Below, piece by piece: positions 24,409 through 40,112 of a stretch of DNA of 64,000 nucleotides. A program made the translations under genes and the position numbers. Origin of the DNA: Octopus sinensis (lineage: Eukaryota); assembly GCF_006345805.1 (NCBI RefSeq), contig NC_042998.1, positions 109,430,001-109,494,000 on the forward strand, written 5' to 3'. Numbering within the stretch: the first letter of the stretch is position 1; every line of letters begins with the position of its first letter. The notes below the pieces were generated by a model. It saw only the letters and a program-made list of their open reading frames with translations, had not been told where the DNA came from and did no database searches.

Positions 24409-24550
24409 AAATATATATGTATGCATATATATTGTAATATATATGCATGTATATACATATGTATATATGTATGTATATATAATATATACATATATATATG
24501 TATTATATATATATATACACATATATGTATATATAATATATATATACACA

Positions 24551-24619
<69 letters not shown>

Positions 24620-24703
24620 GATATAGATAAATATGTATACACATTCACATATATTCATACATACACTTATATATTTTATCATTATCATTGTTATTATCAT
24701 CAC

Positions 24704-24759
<56 letters not shown>

Positions 24760-25116
24760 CCATCACCATCATTTTACATCCACTTTCCATGCTGGCATAG
24801 CTTGGATGATTCATCACAGTCCAAGAACAGTTCTTATTTTTTATTCCTATTCTCCAAGACTGGTCAAAAGACCATATCTTGCTTGTACATATCATTTTTG
24901 GCTAGTTTTTCACAGATTGCCACTCTTCATTTCACTTGCCACTTTAGAGAATGTACTGAGAGCATTTTATCATGCACCAGCCTTAATGGGGTCACTTTGC
25001 CACCTGTAATATTAGGGAGTTTTCACTTGTCTATGGTGTGCTTATTTTTTGAAGGCAACAGTACCAAGAAAGTGAATAGAAAAGAGAAGTAGAGTGACAG
25101 AGACAGAGAGAGACAG

Positions 25117-25157
<41 letters not shown>

Positions 25158-26020
25158 TGACAGAAATACCAGAATGAGTAGAAAAAGGGAGCATAAGTTT
25201 GATGATAGAAACAGAATCGTTTGGATAAGAGCATGATTGCAGGGAAGACAGCATGATGGATGGCAATAGAGGTGGGTGACGGTATGAGTGAGTGATGTAT
25301 TCCCGTAGCAAGTGGTAGAGGTGAGGGAATTATTGAGTACATAAAGTGTGATGTTAGAGTGTATGGGTTATAAACAGATTTGATGCAATACCTTAAAAGT
25401 GGAGTGATAAGCATGGTAGTGGGAGTAACTGAATACATGTGGGGCCAACTTCATCTCTCATTACATGGGTGATGTGGTTCAGTGAATAGAAGGAAAAGTG
25501 TTTGGGATTTGAAAGGTTCAGAAAGGCCCAATGATATTCTTTGTTACACAGGAAACATGGAATTCACTGCCAGCTTTGGGTACAGTGGCAGCATAATACT
25601 TGTACAGTAAATAGTGAGGAGGGTGACTGTAGAGAGGAATAAAGAGAAGAGAGGGTATCAATGACCAGTCTAAATAAACTATTATATTCTATGTTTTGTG
25701 CTGGGTACTTTGTTGTTTAGATCATTAATCAGCAGTGTGTATATATATAATATATAATATATATATATATATATATATAATAAATATATATATATATATA
25801 AATATATATATATAAGATCTAAGGATTGAGGTGTAGAGAAAGTTAGCTTCAAGCAAATAAATATAAAAAAAATCTTTCAGGGACAATAGTGGTTTATTGA
25901 GACAAAGGTTGTGGATTTTCATCTTATTGAAGTATAATAAATTGAAAGAAGTTCTTTTTATATTTCCAAGATTGCCAGGTATGCAAATAAGAATACACAA
26001 GTAAAGGAATGGAGTAGATA

Positions 26021-26100
26021 AGATCCAGGCTACATATGTTTCATAGCAAGCAGAAACTCCAAGCAAGATGTATATCACAGGCTACTCTTCAGGCCAAGAA
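26021..26100 (-). ncRNA. Minimal type-I hammerhead ribozyme motif, core intact
   Basis: UUCUUGGC-CUGAAGA-GUAGC(33 nt)GCUAU-GAAAC-AUAU-GUA-GCCUGGA. Stem I is 3 bp + U.U + 3 bp, stem II is 5 bp, stem III is the palindrome ACAUAUGU. Confidence 0.7.
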
Positions 26101-26165
26101 TTCAACCTTCGATGTGTTAACATATATCTGCTTGGAACAATGTAAACTTTCATTTAACCAAGATA

Positions 26166-26258
26166 TTCTTGGCCTGAAGAGTAGTCTACAGTATATACTT
26201 CGTTTAGATATTTGCCACTTCCAAAGTTCCATTCGCTATGAAACATATGTAGCACAGA
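26166..26258 (+). ncRNA. Hammerhead motif in the opposite arm of the same fold-back; core intact, stem I weak
   Basis: UCUUGGC-CUGAAGA(26174)-GUAGU..GCUAU-GAAAC(26240)-AUAU-GUA-GCACAGA. Confidence 0.6.
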
Positions 26259-28254
26259 TCTTATCTACTCCATTCCTTAACACTTGTATGTATATATATA
26301 TATATATGTTGTATGCGTGTGTGTGCATCTGTGTGTGCATGTATGAGTGTATAAATGGATGGATGAATGTGTAGTGTATATGTGTGAGTGAATGTCTGAG
26401 GATATGTTTCTACATACATGTGCATCTAACTGTATTTGTGTAAATGTGTGTGTGTGTGTGTATGTGTGTGTGCATGCATGCAAATAATTATTCTTGACTG
26501 TCTTTTTTATTTTTGTATTATCAATTATTATTTATTTAACATTTGCATTATTACCTCTTTAAATAACCTCTTGCAGTTATCATTTCTCTTCTAGAAATAG
26601 CAATATTATGTTATAGAGTAGCCTTGTGGACTGAAAAAGAACAGAAAATCTATACAGTCCTTATATATTATTTTCTATACCATTATTTTATATATTTTAT
26701 TATATTATTCATTTCTTACCCCCTTTTTACTAAATTCTGGACCTCATTATAAAAGTAGCATAGTTGTGCCATTAACAAGTTCAGCTTGCAATCACATGCT
26801 ACTAAGTTTGATCTCATTGCATGGCAACTAAGCTAACTGTATGGAAGACAATCAAAGGTACACACAGATACACACACATACAATAAATACATACATACAT
26901 ACATACATACATACATACATACATACATACATACATACATGTATGTGTTTGTGTGTGTGTGTGTATGCACATATATATACATAGTACATACATATGTAAT
27001 GAAAAATCATTAAAGAATGGAGTTTATTGTTCAATTTTCACATTAGCCTTAGTAAATCAGTCTTAAATAATACCATTTCCATGTTAACAGCTACTGGTCC
27101 ATATTGTACATTTATATTATATATAAGTCATCATCATAATCTTTTAACATCTGTCTTCCATGCTGGCATCAGTTGTATGGTTTCACAGGATCCAATGGGT
27201 TTGAGGACTGCATCATACTCCAGTGTCTACTTTGGCATGGTTTCTACAACTGGATACTCTTCCTAATGCCAACCACTTTACAATGTGTACTGGGTGCGTT
27301 TTTGCATGCCACCAGCACTAGTGAAGTTGCCATGTAATTTGCAAGACTAAGATCCACTTTGAATGAGTGGTACCGAAGTAGTGAGAGAGTTGGCTTAATA
27401 CTAGGTGTTGAAAAGTTAAAATATATGCCTTTCTGTGTGTGTATGTGTGTGTGTGTGTGTGTGCATACGTGCATGTGTGTATCACTGGTAAAACCAACAC
27501 ATCAAACAACACCTTGTTATTTTGTTGCATCACAATTCTAATCCATTCTGCCAAGGCTGATTCATCAGTCCTCCTTATGTTGATGACCAAATAAATACCA
27601 CAGAAACTACTGGTGTTGATATAAATAACTAAAACCTTTAGAGTTCCAGTATGTCCAGACTCCTATAACTGAAAGTGATAAAAATATAAATGAAAATACT
27701 TTTTTGTCAAAATGAAGTCAAAACAATAAGAAACAGCAGCAATAACATGAATGATAAATGTGTGCATGTATAATTGTTAAGGAGTTTGCTTTCTAAGAAC
27801 ATGCTTTTGGGCTTGATTTCAGATGTACATTTGAAGCATGTACCTTATCAGTGAAATTGGTAGATGCAAATTGTGTCTTTTCCTATCCAAAAGGGATTTT
27901 ACAATAATAATGAAATTGTTGTATACAGTGCTCAGGTGCACCACAACTTGTCAAAAGTGTGTATAAAGCATATGCAGCAATGTACAATTGTCTGCAAAGT
28001 GAACAGTGTATGAGTTAGATACATGCTTGCGTGTGTATGGAGGCGAGAAAATCAGGTGTGGTGTTGGCGAATCTCAAGAAGCATGGAAGTTTTGAAGGAT
28101 GCAGTGCTCCGACAACTAACAACTGATGCTGGCAGTTTGTTCAGCCTAACATTTATACACTATTATTTATAGCTTTATGTGTGTGTTTTGAGATATTCCA
28201 AAATGAGTTATTACCCACCCTCTTCAAATGTTTATAAAATTCTTGTTAACAATA

Positions 28255-28327
<73 letters not shown>

Positions 28328-28467
28328 ATATATGTATGTATGTATGATGTATAGATATTGTATATTAAGAAAAATGAGGCATATACATATATATATTATA
28401 CTGGAGTAAGCACATAAATGTGAACAAGATGGAAAAAAAGAGTACGCAAATACCTGAGGTAGAGTAA

Positions 28468-28602
28468 TATGCTTTATTTAAAAGCATCAGAAATATAACA
28501 AAAGCTGGTACTCAGAGTCTGACATTCCCGTTCGTTGGACAGGGAATGTGAAACTCTGAGTAACAACTTTTGTTATATTTCTGCTGATTTTGAATAAAGT
28601 AT
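28468..28602. repeat. Fold-back element of the 41.2-kb hammerhead family
   Basis: gctttatttaaaagcatcagaaatataacaaaag..cattccc / gggaatg..cttttgttatatttctgctgattttgaataaagt; flank homologous to 41110-41285. Confidence 0.85.
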
Positions 28603-28847
28603 ATATATATATATATATATATGAAAATTCAAAAATTAACGGAATAGAGTAGATAAGATCTAGGTTACATATGTTCCATAGCTAGCGGAACATTGGAAGT
28701 AGTAAATTGTCCAAATGAAGAGTAGACCACAAGCTACTCTTCAGGACAAAGACACCTTGATTGTATGATGTTTTATATCTTCTACAGATTGCCTAAAGCT
28801 CACTAACTTCCTACACCTTGATCCTTGGATCTCACCCTTACACACAC

Positions 28848-28909
<62 letters not shown>

Positions 28910-28985
28910 CGCACATACACACATCCATAAATATACATATATGTATGTATGTATTTATGCATGTATGTATATATACACACACATG

Positions 28986-29075
<90 letters not shown>

Positions 29076-29137
29076 GTGTATATATATATACTACATATAT
29101 ATATATGTATGTGTATATATATATACATACATATATA

Positions 29138-29175
<38 letters not shown>

Positions 29176-29633
29176 ATATATATATATACATATGTATATA
29201 TATATATATATATAATATATATATATAATATATAATATATATATATATAATATATAATACATACTCATATATATTATATATGTATTATATATTATATATA
29301 TATATATATATAGGCTCACCACTTGTATATTTGTTAAGAGTGATATATACATCAAAGTATACAGTATTAGAGATCCATTACACACAATCTTGCCAATTGG
29401 TTTTGTACTAGATATTAGATAAATGGACAATTATCTAATAAATATGCTCTTTGATGATGGTAGGTATGGAAAGAGAGAGTAGTCACCATTTTTTCCCATC
29501 CTTGCTATTTTTGAAGAGCATGCTTATTAGATAATCATCCATTTATCTAATATCCCATATGAAGCCGATTGATAAGATCAGTTGTAATGGGTCTGTAATA
29601 CTGTACACTTTGATTTATATATATGTGAGAGAG

Positions 29634-29667
<34 letters not shown>

Positions 29668-30642
29668 GTAAGTGCACATGTAACAACATGGAGAACCAGT
29701 ACATTTTGTTTCAAACAAATACTCCGAGGTATTAATGTCTGATTGAGATACCTCCCCTTAACAATACTTTCTGCTTTGTCTTTCATATAAAAAATATATC
29801 AAAGAACTAAAATCAATATAATCCCCTTAGGCTTTTGAAGGTGGCTACAGTCCAATGGCTGAAACTTGTAAGGAAATGAAAGAAGTGAATGAATTGTTTG
29901 TTAGAACATTTCAAGTTATTCTCATTGCAATCACTACACAGTGTAGTAATAGCATTTACATGAAGAAGGAGCCTATATGAGATTGTTCATAATAAAAATA
30001 GCAGTCAGATCATACCTACTGCCTTAACAAGACATAGGACAAAGTCGTTTTGGATAAATGAAAATGGAAAATGATTATGATTAGAACACTTTTGATCAAA
30101 GATCTGGATCAGTGATAACATGGGCCTAAACAATGATAAACAGGTTTCCTTTGAACTTGGAATATAATTAGTGTTGCTATTATGTCAGTGTACTGATGAT
30201 GGCAATAAAGTTGATGATAATATTGATGGAACTTTTGTGAGATTTTCCTTATTGTTGATGTTAATTATCCTCAAACAGCCTTGATAGATAGGACAGACCT
30301 ACGATCAAAGTTTTTGTACCATAAACAATACCTTTTGGGTCTACATTATCCAATGTATCTGTCTTAATTTAAAATACTAGGGTGCAATTTGAGGGAGCTC
30401 TGGCTACTTTTTCAAGCAGGTCTAGTGACTGCACAAACACTTCTTCTTTAGCTTCAAAGTTCTCAGTATCTGTATTTATATGGAGAAAGTGTTTGCCAAC
30501 ATGTTTAGCACATGGCTGAGTGAAACAACAGTAAAGAAAATTTGAAAAGGCTTTAGGTGAAGCTATTATATTGTGATTGGGTTGCGCAGAGAATGACTAG
30601 AAGTACACAGGTTATGATTTATGAGAAGAGTAACTGTTTTAT

Positions 30643-30694
<52 letters not shown>

Positions 30695-32030
30695 TGTAGT
30701 AGTGGCAAGAGAGAGTGAAGGAGAGGTTATATCACATCAGAGGGTTAGATGTTAGAGCAGGTTAGCGAGGGAAGCTTTTGGCAAGATAGGGTTGCTGATG
30801 TATATTGTTATTGTTGTTGTTCTTATTGAATTCCTGGTTAGCCCTATGGTTAGTGATGTTTCAGCCATGACCAGACCATCCTTCATTTTTTTTTTGTTGT
30901 TACAAACATTGTATAATTAGAACTAAATCATTCAAATTTAATTTTTATTTGCTTTTTTAAATGACAAGATTTGACAAGAATTTTGCTACCATTCGCAGCA
31001 GGCCATGTAACAATGTAAAGGCTCCCTTGTTGGCTCTTGACCTAGAATGTTTTTGTTTATGTGGGTGTTTGTGTGTATGTGAGTGTTTGTGAATATATGT
31101 GTGTGCCTGTATAAGAGTGTAACTGTTGCCTTCATTCTCAGATTCAAAATAGATTTTGTTTTTATCTACTGTTATTTTGTAAATGCGGCATAAAATCAAT
31201 CTACATTAGTTTAATCTATTAATGGTTGTTTATTGATTGTCTAAGGAAGAAGTGTTAAGTTAGCCTCCAACTTATCTTTAAAATTCTCTTGTGGTGTAAA
31301 GAAATTATCCAAAATTAGATAAAGCCAAGGATACTTCAATTGAAAGTTCAATACTTCAATTTGGTATTTAATAAGATTTTTGTGGTTTATTTATGATTTA
31401 GTGCTTTATTATTCAAAGTACTCACTGTCATGGCTAAATGTGTGTATTAATTATCAGGGACTTACCTTTGATGAAAGTATAAAAGTAAACATTAAAATAT
31501 AAATATGCATACACATGCTCATTCATATAAATATGTGCACTTATCTATATATCGATACACACACACACACACACACACACACACTTACACCCATGTATAT
31601 ATATATATATATGTATGCATATTGATACTCTAATTGGTCACAACAATGAGAGTTCTAGCTGATCTGATTCACAGAACAGCCTGCTCATGAAATTAACATG
31701 CAAATGGTTGAGCAATCCACAGACATGCATACCCCAAATGTAGTTCTCTGGGAGATTCAGCCAGACACAGAATGTGACAAGGCAGGCTCTTTGAATTATA
31801 GGTACAAACTCATTTTTACCAGCTAAACAGACTGGAACCATGTGAAATGAAGTGTCTAGCTCAAGAATACGATGCACCTCCAGGAAGCCAAATGCCCTAA
31901 TCACAAAGCCACATACCTTCACCACATACATACGTATACACATATACATATACATATCTGTCAGTGTTTGTTTGTAACAACAAACACAATAAAGCACTCA
32001 ATACAGACTCTTGAATATTACTAATTTATT

Positions 32031-32076
32031 TAGCTGTTACTTAAGTTTCTCCATGTAAGCATTTCATCAGATGCTA
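32031..32076 (-). ncRNA. Hammerhead motif, core intact, weak stem II
   Basis: UAGCAU-CUGAUGA-A AUG CUUA CAU GGA-GAAAC UUAA GUA-ACAGCUA, with palindromic ACUUAAGU. Confidence 0.5.
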
Positions 32077-32100
32077 TCTATAGCATGACAAAACAATAAC

Positions 32101-32139
<39 letters not shown>

Positions 32140-32166
32140 TTGGTAGAAGAACACACATCCCATTGG

Positions 32167-32373
32167 TTAACCCTTTAGCATTCACATTATTCTGTCAAAA
32201 GTAATACTTATTTCTTCACATTGTTTTGAATTAATCATGCATTATCTTGTAACTGTTAATTTTTTTGAATGACATTGTAGGGTAGATGTAAGAAACCAGA
32301 TCTGGCCAGTTTGATCATAAAACAGGTAGCTTGTTTTGGCCAGACGTAGCTGGTTTAAATACTAGAGGGTTAA
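32167..32373. mobile_element. Second TTAA-flanked MITE copy
   Basis: ttaaccctttagcatt..aatactagagggttaa; homologous to 9483-9711 with an internal deletion. Confidence 0.75.
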
Positions 32374-34683
32374 ACAAAGTTTTGCATGATTAATTTGTGA
32401 AGTAGGATGTAATTCATCAAAAACATTCTAAATGTTGAAGCGAGGAATAACTCCCAGGTTGTAATCAATGGGAGATAAAAGAATAAAAGAGAAAAACCAA
32501 TAAATTAACAAACATAGAATATTATATGATAGGAGTAATATAACTGAAGTTTACATTGCATAAATTACAATACAATAAAATTGTGTTGGGAGTGGGAGTT
32601 GGATAACAGAAATGGTACTGGGCAGGAGGTATCTTGGAGGATGGCTAACTGTGGGTGCTTAATAAAAAGGATCAAAATTGTTGGTAATTAAAAAAATAAT
32701 TGATTAAAAAGATCATTATATGAATAAATTTTATTAAACCCTCACAATTAGCCTGTTAATATCCTGAATAGAAAGGAGGAAATATTTTCTTTGTTTGCAT
32801 ACAAAAAAAAATAACAACAACAACAATAATAATAATTAAAATTAAAATTATAATAATAATAAGAAGAAGATTACAATCTTTTAATCATGTCCCATTTCTA
32901 GATACACTCCAAAAACAAATTGATTAAATACCTGAACTTACCCACCCAGGCCCCACAACTAGAAAACCTGATGCCTGAAATAGAATATATGCAACAAACT
33001 ACTTTTCACTTCATTTGTATTCCTTTGTTTCATACCTCCTACACTGAGAGGATTGGCCACACACAAGTGGATCAATTACATGCAGATAATGAGGAAATAC
33101 ACCTTAACCATTCTTCTTTATTCTCCTCTTTTCACAGAGCAGCTAATTACATACAATTAGTTGCATACATATGGATTAGTATCAAACAATCAATGAGGAG
33201 ATACACTGTGCCTAATATGAGACTTGATAATGTACCTACAGCCACAGGTTGGTCAGAGCATTTAGATATGGCCATCTTGATGAATGGATGAGTTGGCACA
33301 TGTGGATCAGTTACTTTGTCAACAGCATCTCATAATATCGTTACAATTAATTTTTTTTATATCTAACTTGAAATTAAACTCAAACCTGCAGTATTTGAAT
33401 CCTAAACTGAGATAAAAAAAACAAAAGAAAAGGAAAAAAAAAACCCTTAGACTATTTAACTAACAGGTTTCAATATCCAAGGTACTTTTGCTTTCAGACC
33501 TGTAGAATTTGGATCAAATATAGTAATGTGTGTATGTGTGTGTGTGTGTGTGCTAAAGTTACCTTATTTCTTTCAATGAACTTTGTTAATTCAAGTTTAT
33601 GCATTCTTGTTAATGTTATGAATGCATGGGGATGCAACAGGGAGGATATTTGGCTCTTAGTTTCATTTTTTTATCCTCAAATCTATAAAACCTATTCCTG
33701 AATCCATAGGCTTCATACATCAGCTTTCAACTGAACTTTCAAATTCATATTGCAAGATTTAACTAAGGCAATGTACAGTCACAGTTACATATCTGCATAC
33801 CTCCACCTAGGCAATCAATTACAACCCAATAACATCACCCTCATGTTTGTGCTCATGCTCACACTATGGGTATATAACAAATTACAGAGTTTACTACACA
33901 GAAAAATTAATGCTGATTGATATAAATCATTCAATTTAATTCTGTTTTATGTATCGTTACCTATTATGTAATGTCATGTAATGCTAAGTAACTTCAAGTA
34001 TGTCCCCTATTACTTACTAATTACCTCTACTTCCAGTGAATATTGTCTTGATATATCCTTAACAAATATTCATAGCTCATCATGTGTTGCCCTAGTATAT
34101 TTCCAACATTTTCCTATATCACTTATTAATTAATTAATTAATTACTATTAACAAATTGTTCAGTTATAAAACTAACTGATAAGTCAACCACATATTCATT
34201 TACTTGACTATTTCAATATTCATTCATCCATTTAGTTATTTAATTATTTATTTGTTTATCCTCTTAATAAGTTATTTATTAAATTACTGTGCATTTTATT
34301 AACTTTTATTAAACACCCATTCATAGTGATTCATCCTTTTGATTGTGAAAATTATTTTCACTACAAGCCCTTACATATTTGCTGAATTATACCACATGGT
34401 AACATTATGAGGTGTTGTTCAGTTAATGTGTATCAATGTGTATTTACACTTGTTTTATTTCACCATAGTTGCTATCTGATGAAATATTTACATATGAAAA
34501 CTCAAAAATGATAGCCTATAGCTTCAGGTGTGTGTGTGTATGTGTGTGAGTGTGTATGTAAATATGAGGAGAAAGAGAAAGAGAGAGGCAGAAAGAGAAA
34601 AAGATAGATAGATAAATAGACAGAAAAAGAGATAGATAGATAGATAGATAGATAGAGATAGATAGATAGATAGATAGATAGAC

Positions 34684-34814
<131 letters not shown>

Positions 34815-34815
34815 C

Positions 34816-34848
<33 letters not shown>

Positions 34849-36676
34849 CATGCTTACATACAAAGAGACAGATCTTGATCAGGTTATCATTGTAAACCAT
34901 AAGAAAGAAGTCAGTGTTATAAACAGAGTAAAGTTGCTTCATGTTTATTGCTCTTTATTTTTTTCAACATGGCCAGATGTTGTGATGTTCATCTCTTCAG
35001 AGAATATTGATAGAGTTTTCTATAGCTGAATGCCCTTCCCAACGCCAACCATTCCAAGAGTGTAGTGGGTGCTTTTTACATGCCACTGGCATGGGAGCCA
35101 GTCAGGCAACACTGGCATCGACCACGCTCAAATGGTGCTTTTTATGTGCCACCAGCACAGGAGCCAATGAACAATATGTATACTGTAAATATAGTTATTG
35201 GAGGAGCAAGGATCAGTACATAGGGGAAAACGAAAAATAATAATAAAACAAATCATTATCATTATTATTATTCATATACACCCAACAGATTAGACTGTTA
35301 ATAATAAAAGAAATCATTATTATTGTTTTTTTGATATAGTAATAATAGTACATGTAAAAACTAAAATAGTGAAAAACTTTAAACATAATAATGATATTAG
35401 TAATAAAGATAGTAAATTTTTAAAAATCTATTATGTAATAAATAAAATGATAAGATTGAAATACAAATAGTGGTGGGTAGTGTTCTTAAGGTAACGATAA
35501 TGATCGAAAAAGCTCTAATCAGTCACTCTTACTTTTCCTTATCACTTTTTACTATTACCTTTTCCTTATCACTTTTTACTATTACCTTTTCCTTTCACTG
35601 TTCAGTCATTTCTAACATCAAAACTGAAGAAATTTATTTATTTTTCAATTTTCAATATCAATAAGTTTTGAGTTTTTGAAGCATTGTCATTAACATAGGA
35701 ACTATGTATGACAGGAAAGTCTCTATACCAATAAAGAAGACCAGCACTGGTCTCCTTTTAGCTTCTTTTATTACTAATAGTCCTTTTGATTAATTTCCTT
35801 TCTTTTGTTTCCCTTCTATATTTCTACCTCCATAAGCAGCACTACTGTCAGGTTTCCAATCCACCTACACAATTCCTTGTACATCACATGGAGCTTAATT
35901 AATCTTTAGTATCTTAACCTACCTAGTTAAACCTTCTACATTCTTTAACACATCCTTTAAATTTGTTCACCTTTTAACAGAAAGAACCCTCTCCAATTAT
36001 CCCATTTCTCCACTTCTTTACTACTCATGGACTCTAGAATTCCAGGTTAGAGAGTTATTTTTTCATTTCACTTTTGATAACAATACATTTTTGGCAGCTT
36101 TTTCAAAGCATCACCTCTACCTTAACAACTATACCCATAACAAATACTGCCATATATATATATATATATATATAATATATATATATATATAATATATATT
36201 ATATATATATATATACATATACACATTATACATACGTACATATATATAATATATATATATATATGTACATATATATAGAGAGATATAGATTGATAGATAG
36301 ATAGATAGAGTAGATAGATAGATAGAAAGATAAATACATACATACATAGATACATGCATATATGCATATGTATACATATATACATACATACATACATACA
36401 TGCATGCATATATGCATATGTATACATGTATACATACATGCATGCATATATGCATATGTATACATATATACATGCATACATACATATATGTGTGTGTGTG
36501 TGTGTGTGTGTATGCATGTATATCTGTACTAGTTTTCAGTTATGATCTTGATCAACTTTGCCTTTTATCACTTCGGTGTTGATGAAATAAAGTACCAGTC
36601 AAGTAATGGAATCACTGTAATTGACTAAACCTCAAAAGCCTGGCCTTGTGTCTAAATTAAAAAACAATTATTATTA

Positions 36677-36736
<60 letters not shown>

Positions 36737-37360
36737 TATTATTATTATTATTATTATCATCATCATCATTATTATTATGTCTGCTTTCCTTGTGCTGATT
36801 CATGTTGTATATACAGACCACAATTCCTTATTTTCTGTGATGATAAAAGTTATAATACCTGGCCATAGTTGTGAGCAGGCTACATATAAGAGTACTCCCC
36901 CACACACACACACACATGCAATCAAAGACATTCCAGCTCTGACCATCCTAACCTTTTCTTTTTCAAACACTGTATGTCTAGCACTATAGTATCCAGTATC
37001 TACTTTTCTTTTTATGATGGTAGGGTGTGATTTCTAGCAGGTCCCTCATTAGCTTTTATATATATATATATGCGTTTGTATGTATGTATATATGCAAATA
37101 ATTATATTTATATTTATATATGTATGTGTATGTGCATGCGTGTGCACATACATGTGTGTGTGTGTGCGTGTGTGCGTGCATGTGAGTGTGTACTGTTTAT
37201 GTGACAGACATTCAGAAGCAATGACTATCTGGTCTACATCTTTGATATAACAAATTGACCAAGAACAAATTAGGGCTGCCATTGCTCACAAAAACTGATC
37301 ATCACATTGTGCTTCATGTAGTATAAGCTTATTGTTATTATTACTACTATATTATTATTA

Positions 37361-37409
<49 letters not shown>

Positions 37410-37705
37410 CGTTATTATTATTATTATTATTACTATTATTATTATTATTAATGTTATGGCTATTATTTTGTCAGACGAGGATGCTCGTTACCTTTGCAGG
37501 ACATCCAAGATTGATGAAGTTGGTATGATGTAGCGATGTCTCATCACAGGCCAATCAATTCTTATTCCAGTGAAAGAATGCACTGCAATTTAACACTTTA
37601 CACTATTATATTTTAGAGATATTGCTTAGAGAGGAAGAATATGAGTATGAGAGAGAGAGAGGGAAAGAGTGTGTATGTATGTGTATGTATGTGTGTGTAT
37701 GTGTA

Positions 37706-37781
<76 letters not shown>

Positions 37782-38441
37782 AGAGAAATGGAGTGAGAGG
37801 AGAAAGAATGAACAATGAATGAGAGAGAAAAAGAGTTATTGTGAGAGTTGCTCTTTTCCTACCAAGGAATGTAGACAAAGGAATGTCCACAATTCCTGTT
37901 TTAGTTCTGTAGACATTCAGTAAAAGATCACTCAACAATAGAAAATCATGAAAACTCTCAGACAAACATATTCAGAAAAGGACAGAATAGATTTTATAAT
38001 TGTTGCAAAGGTCTAGTGGCAAGAATAGAGATGATATATTTATTTTATTTTTTTTGTGTGTGTGTATTCTGAGGTCTTAATATTTGCCCAATCCAGAAGA
38101 AAACTGAATTGATTTCTCTTCTGGAGCAAACAATACTTCAAAATGGTTAGATGTAACAATTGACGAGATATCATCTGAAGCTAAATATAAATGACACACC
38201 AATGCAGCAATAATCTGTACTTTGAACCATAAAATAGGTAACACTTAGACTGGCAATGATATCATGTATATGATATATAATATATATATATATACTAGCA
38301 CACATGTGTGTTTATATGAGTATGTATATCGATATGTATATATATACACATATATATAGATATATATATAGATATATATATATAAGTACAAAGAGAGATA
38401 GGGGGGGTTATCTATTCCCATTTTCTTATTTTGTCTTATTT

Positions 38442-38478
<37 letters not shown>

Positions 38479-38590
38479 CTATATATAGTACTGGGGTTCA
38501 TACATTTGTCTGTAATTCTCCAAGGCAGTACTCCAGCATGGTTGCAGTCTAATGACTGAAACATGTAAAAGATTATATATATAAATATAC

Positions 38591-38663
<73 letters not shown>

Positions 38664-39126
38664 CACATATATTATGCATATATATATATATATACATATA
38701 TACATACATATATATGCAAATATATATGCGTGTATATAAATGTATGTGTACATATGTATATATATATATATATAAACATATACATACATATATATGCAAA
38801 TATATATGCGTGTATATAAATGTATGTGTACGTATGTATATATATATAAACATATAAATATGCTCATAAAAATATATACATACATACACATATACTTACA
38901 CACTCACACTCATGTATATCTATGTAGGTATGTAAATATATAAAATTAAAAGACATAAATAAGATTAAAGTTTACCATTTATTATGCTTACTTAGTTGAT
39001 TACAATAACTGTTATATAAATTATACATAGTTATATATACACACACATGTATATATTTGTGTGTTTATATATAATATATATATATGTATGTGTGTGTGTA
39101 CATGCACATATATGTATGTATTTGTG

Positions 39127-39182
<56 letters not shown>

Positions 39183-39225
39183 ATTATGTAATGTATATGT
39201 ATATATATGTTTGTATGTGTGTGTG

Positions 39226-39311
<86 letters not shown>

Positions 39312-39679
39312 GTTTCAGTTCCATAACATTAAACTAAAACCTATATTGTATTTTTTTACATTTTTCAGATAGGTTTTTTTTTTTTTGATTACGTTTATAA
39401 TATTCATTATTAAATAATAATAATTCAGTTTAGAAGGAATTCACAAGAATTGGATGGTTTATTTATAAAGTAATTCAATTAAAGAAATATAAAAGAAATT
39501 TTAACATTTATGAATGTCTTTCTTATGTCTTCTTTTTAGGAAAATAAAAAAATACACAAATTAAATTTATTTCCAAAAAATTATTGTCGAAATTTATGAT
39601 AAACTCATTTACACATTTTTGTTTTTACTTCTCTGAAACGATAAATCTAAATTATTACATTAATGTAAATTGTTTTTCA

Positions 39680-39793
<114 letters not shown>

Positions 39794-40021
39794 TTAATAA
39801 TTAGTTTATTTTATGTTATACTAATTCTTGTTCCATTCTGTTATCTCTTGTTCTTTCACTCTCCCTTCAAGTATTTCTCCTTTAATTTCCTTGTTAAATC
39901 TACAATCTCTCTCTCTCTTTCTCTCTCTATCTATTTATCTATCTGTCTGTCTGACTGTGTCTATCAATCTATCTATCTACCTATCTATATATCTACCTAC
40001 CTATCTATCTATCTATCTATG

Positions 40022-40112
<91 letters not shown>

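Larger units (their letters stand above)
25996..26288. repeat. Fold-back element with a hammerhead motif in each arm
   Basis: ggaatggagtagataagatc..gctacatatgtttcatagc / gctatgaaacatatgtagc..gatcttatctactccattcc, plus ctactcttcaggccaagaat / attcttggcctgaagagtag. Confidence 0.9.

Noticed and set aside
32920-33291. 123-aa plus-strand ORF
   Set aside because: Starts at TTG, shows no recognisable family or flanking splice sites, and lies in ordinary AT-rich DNA.
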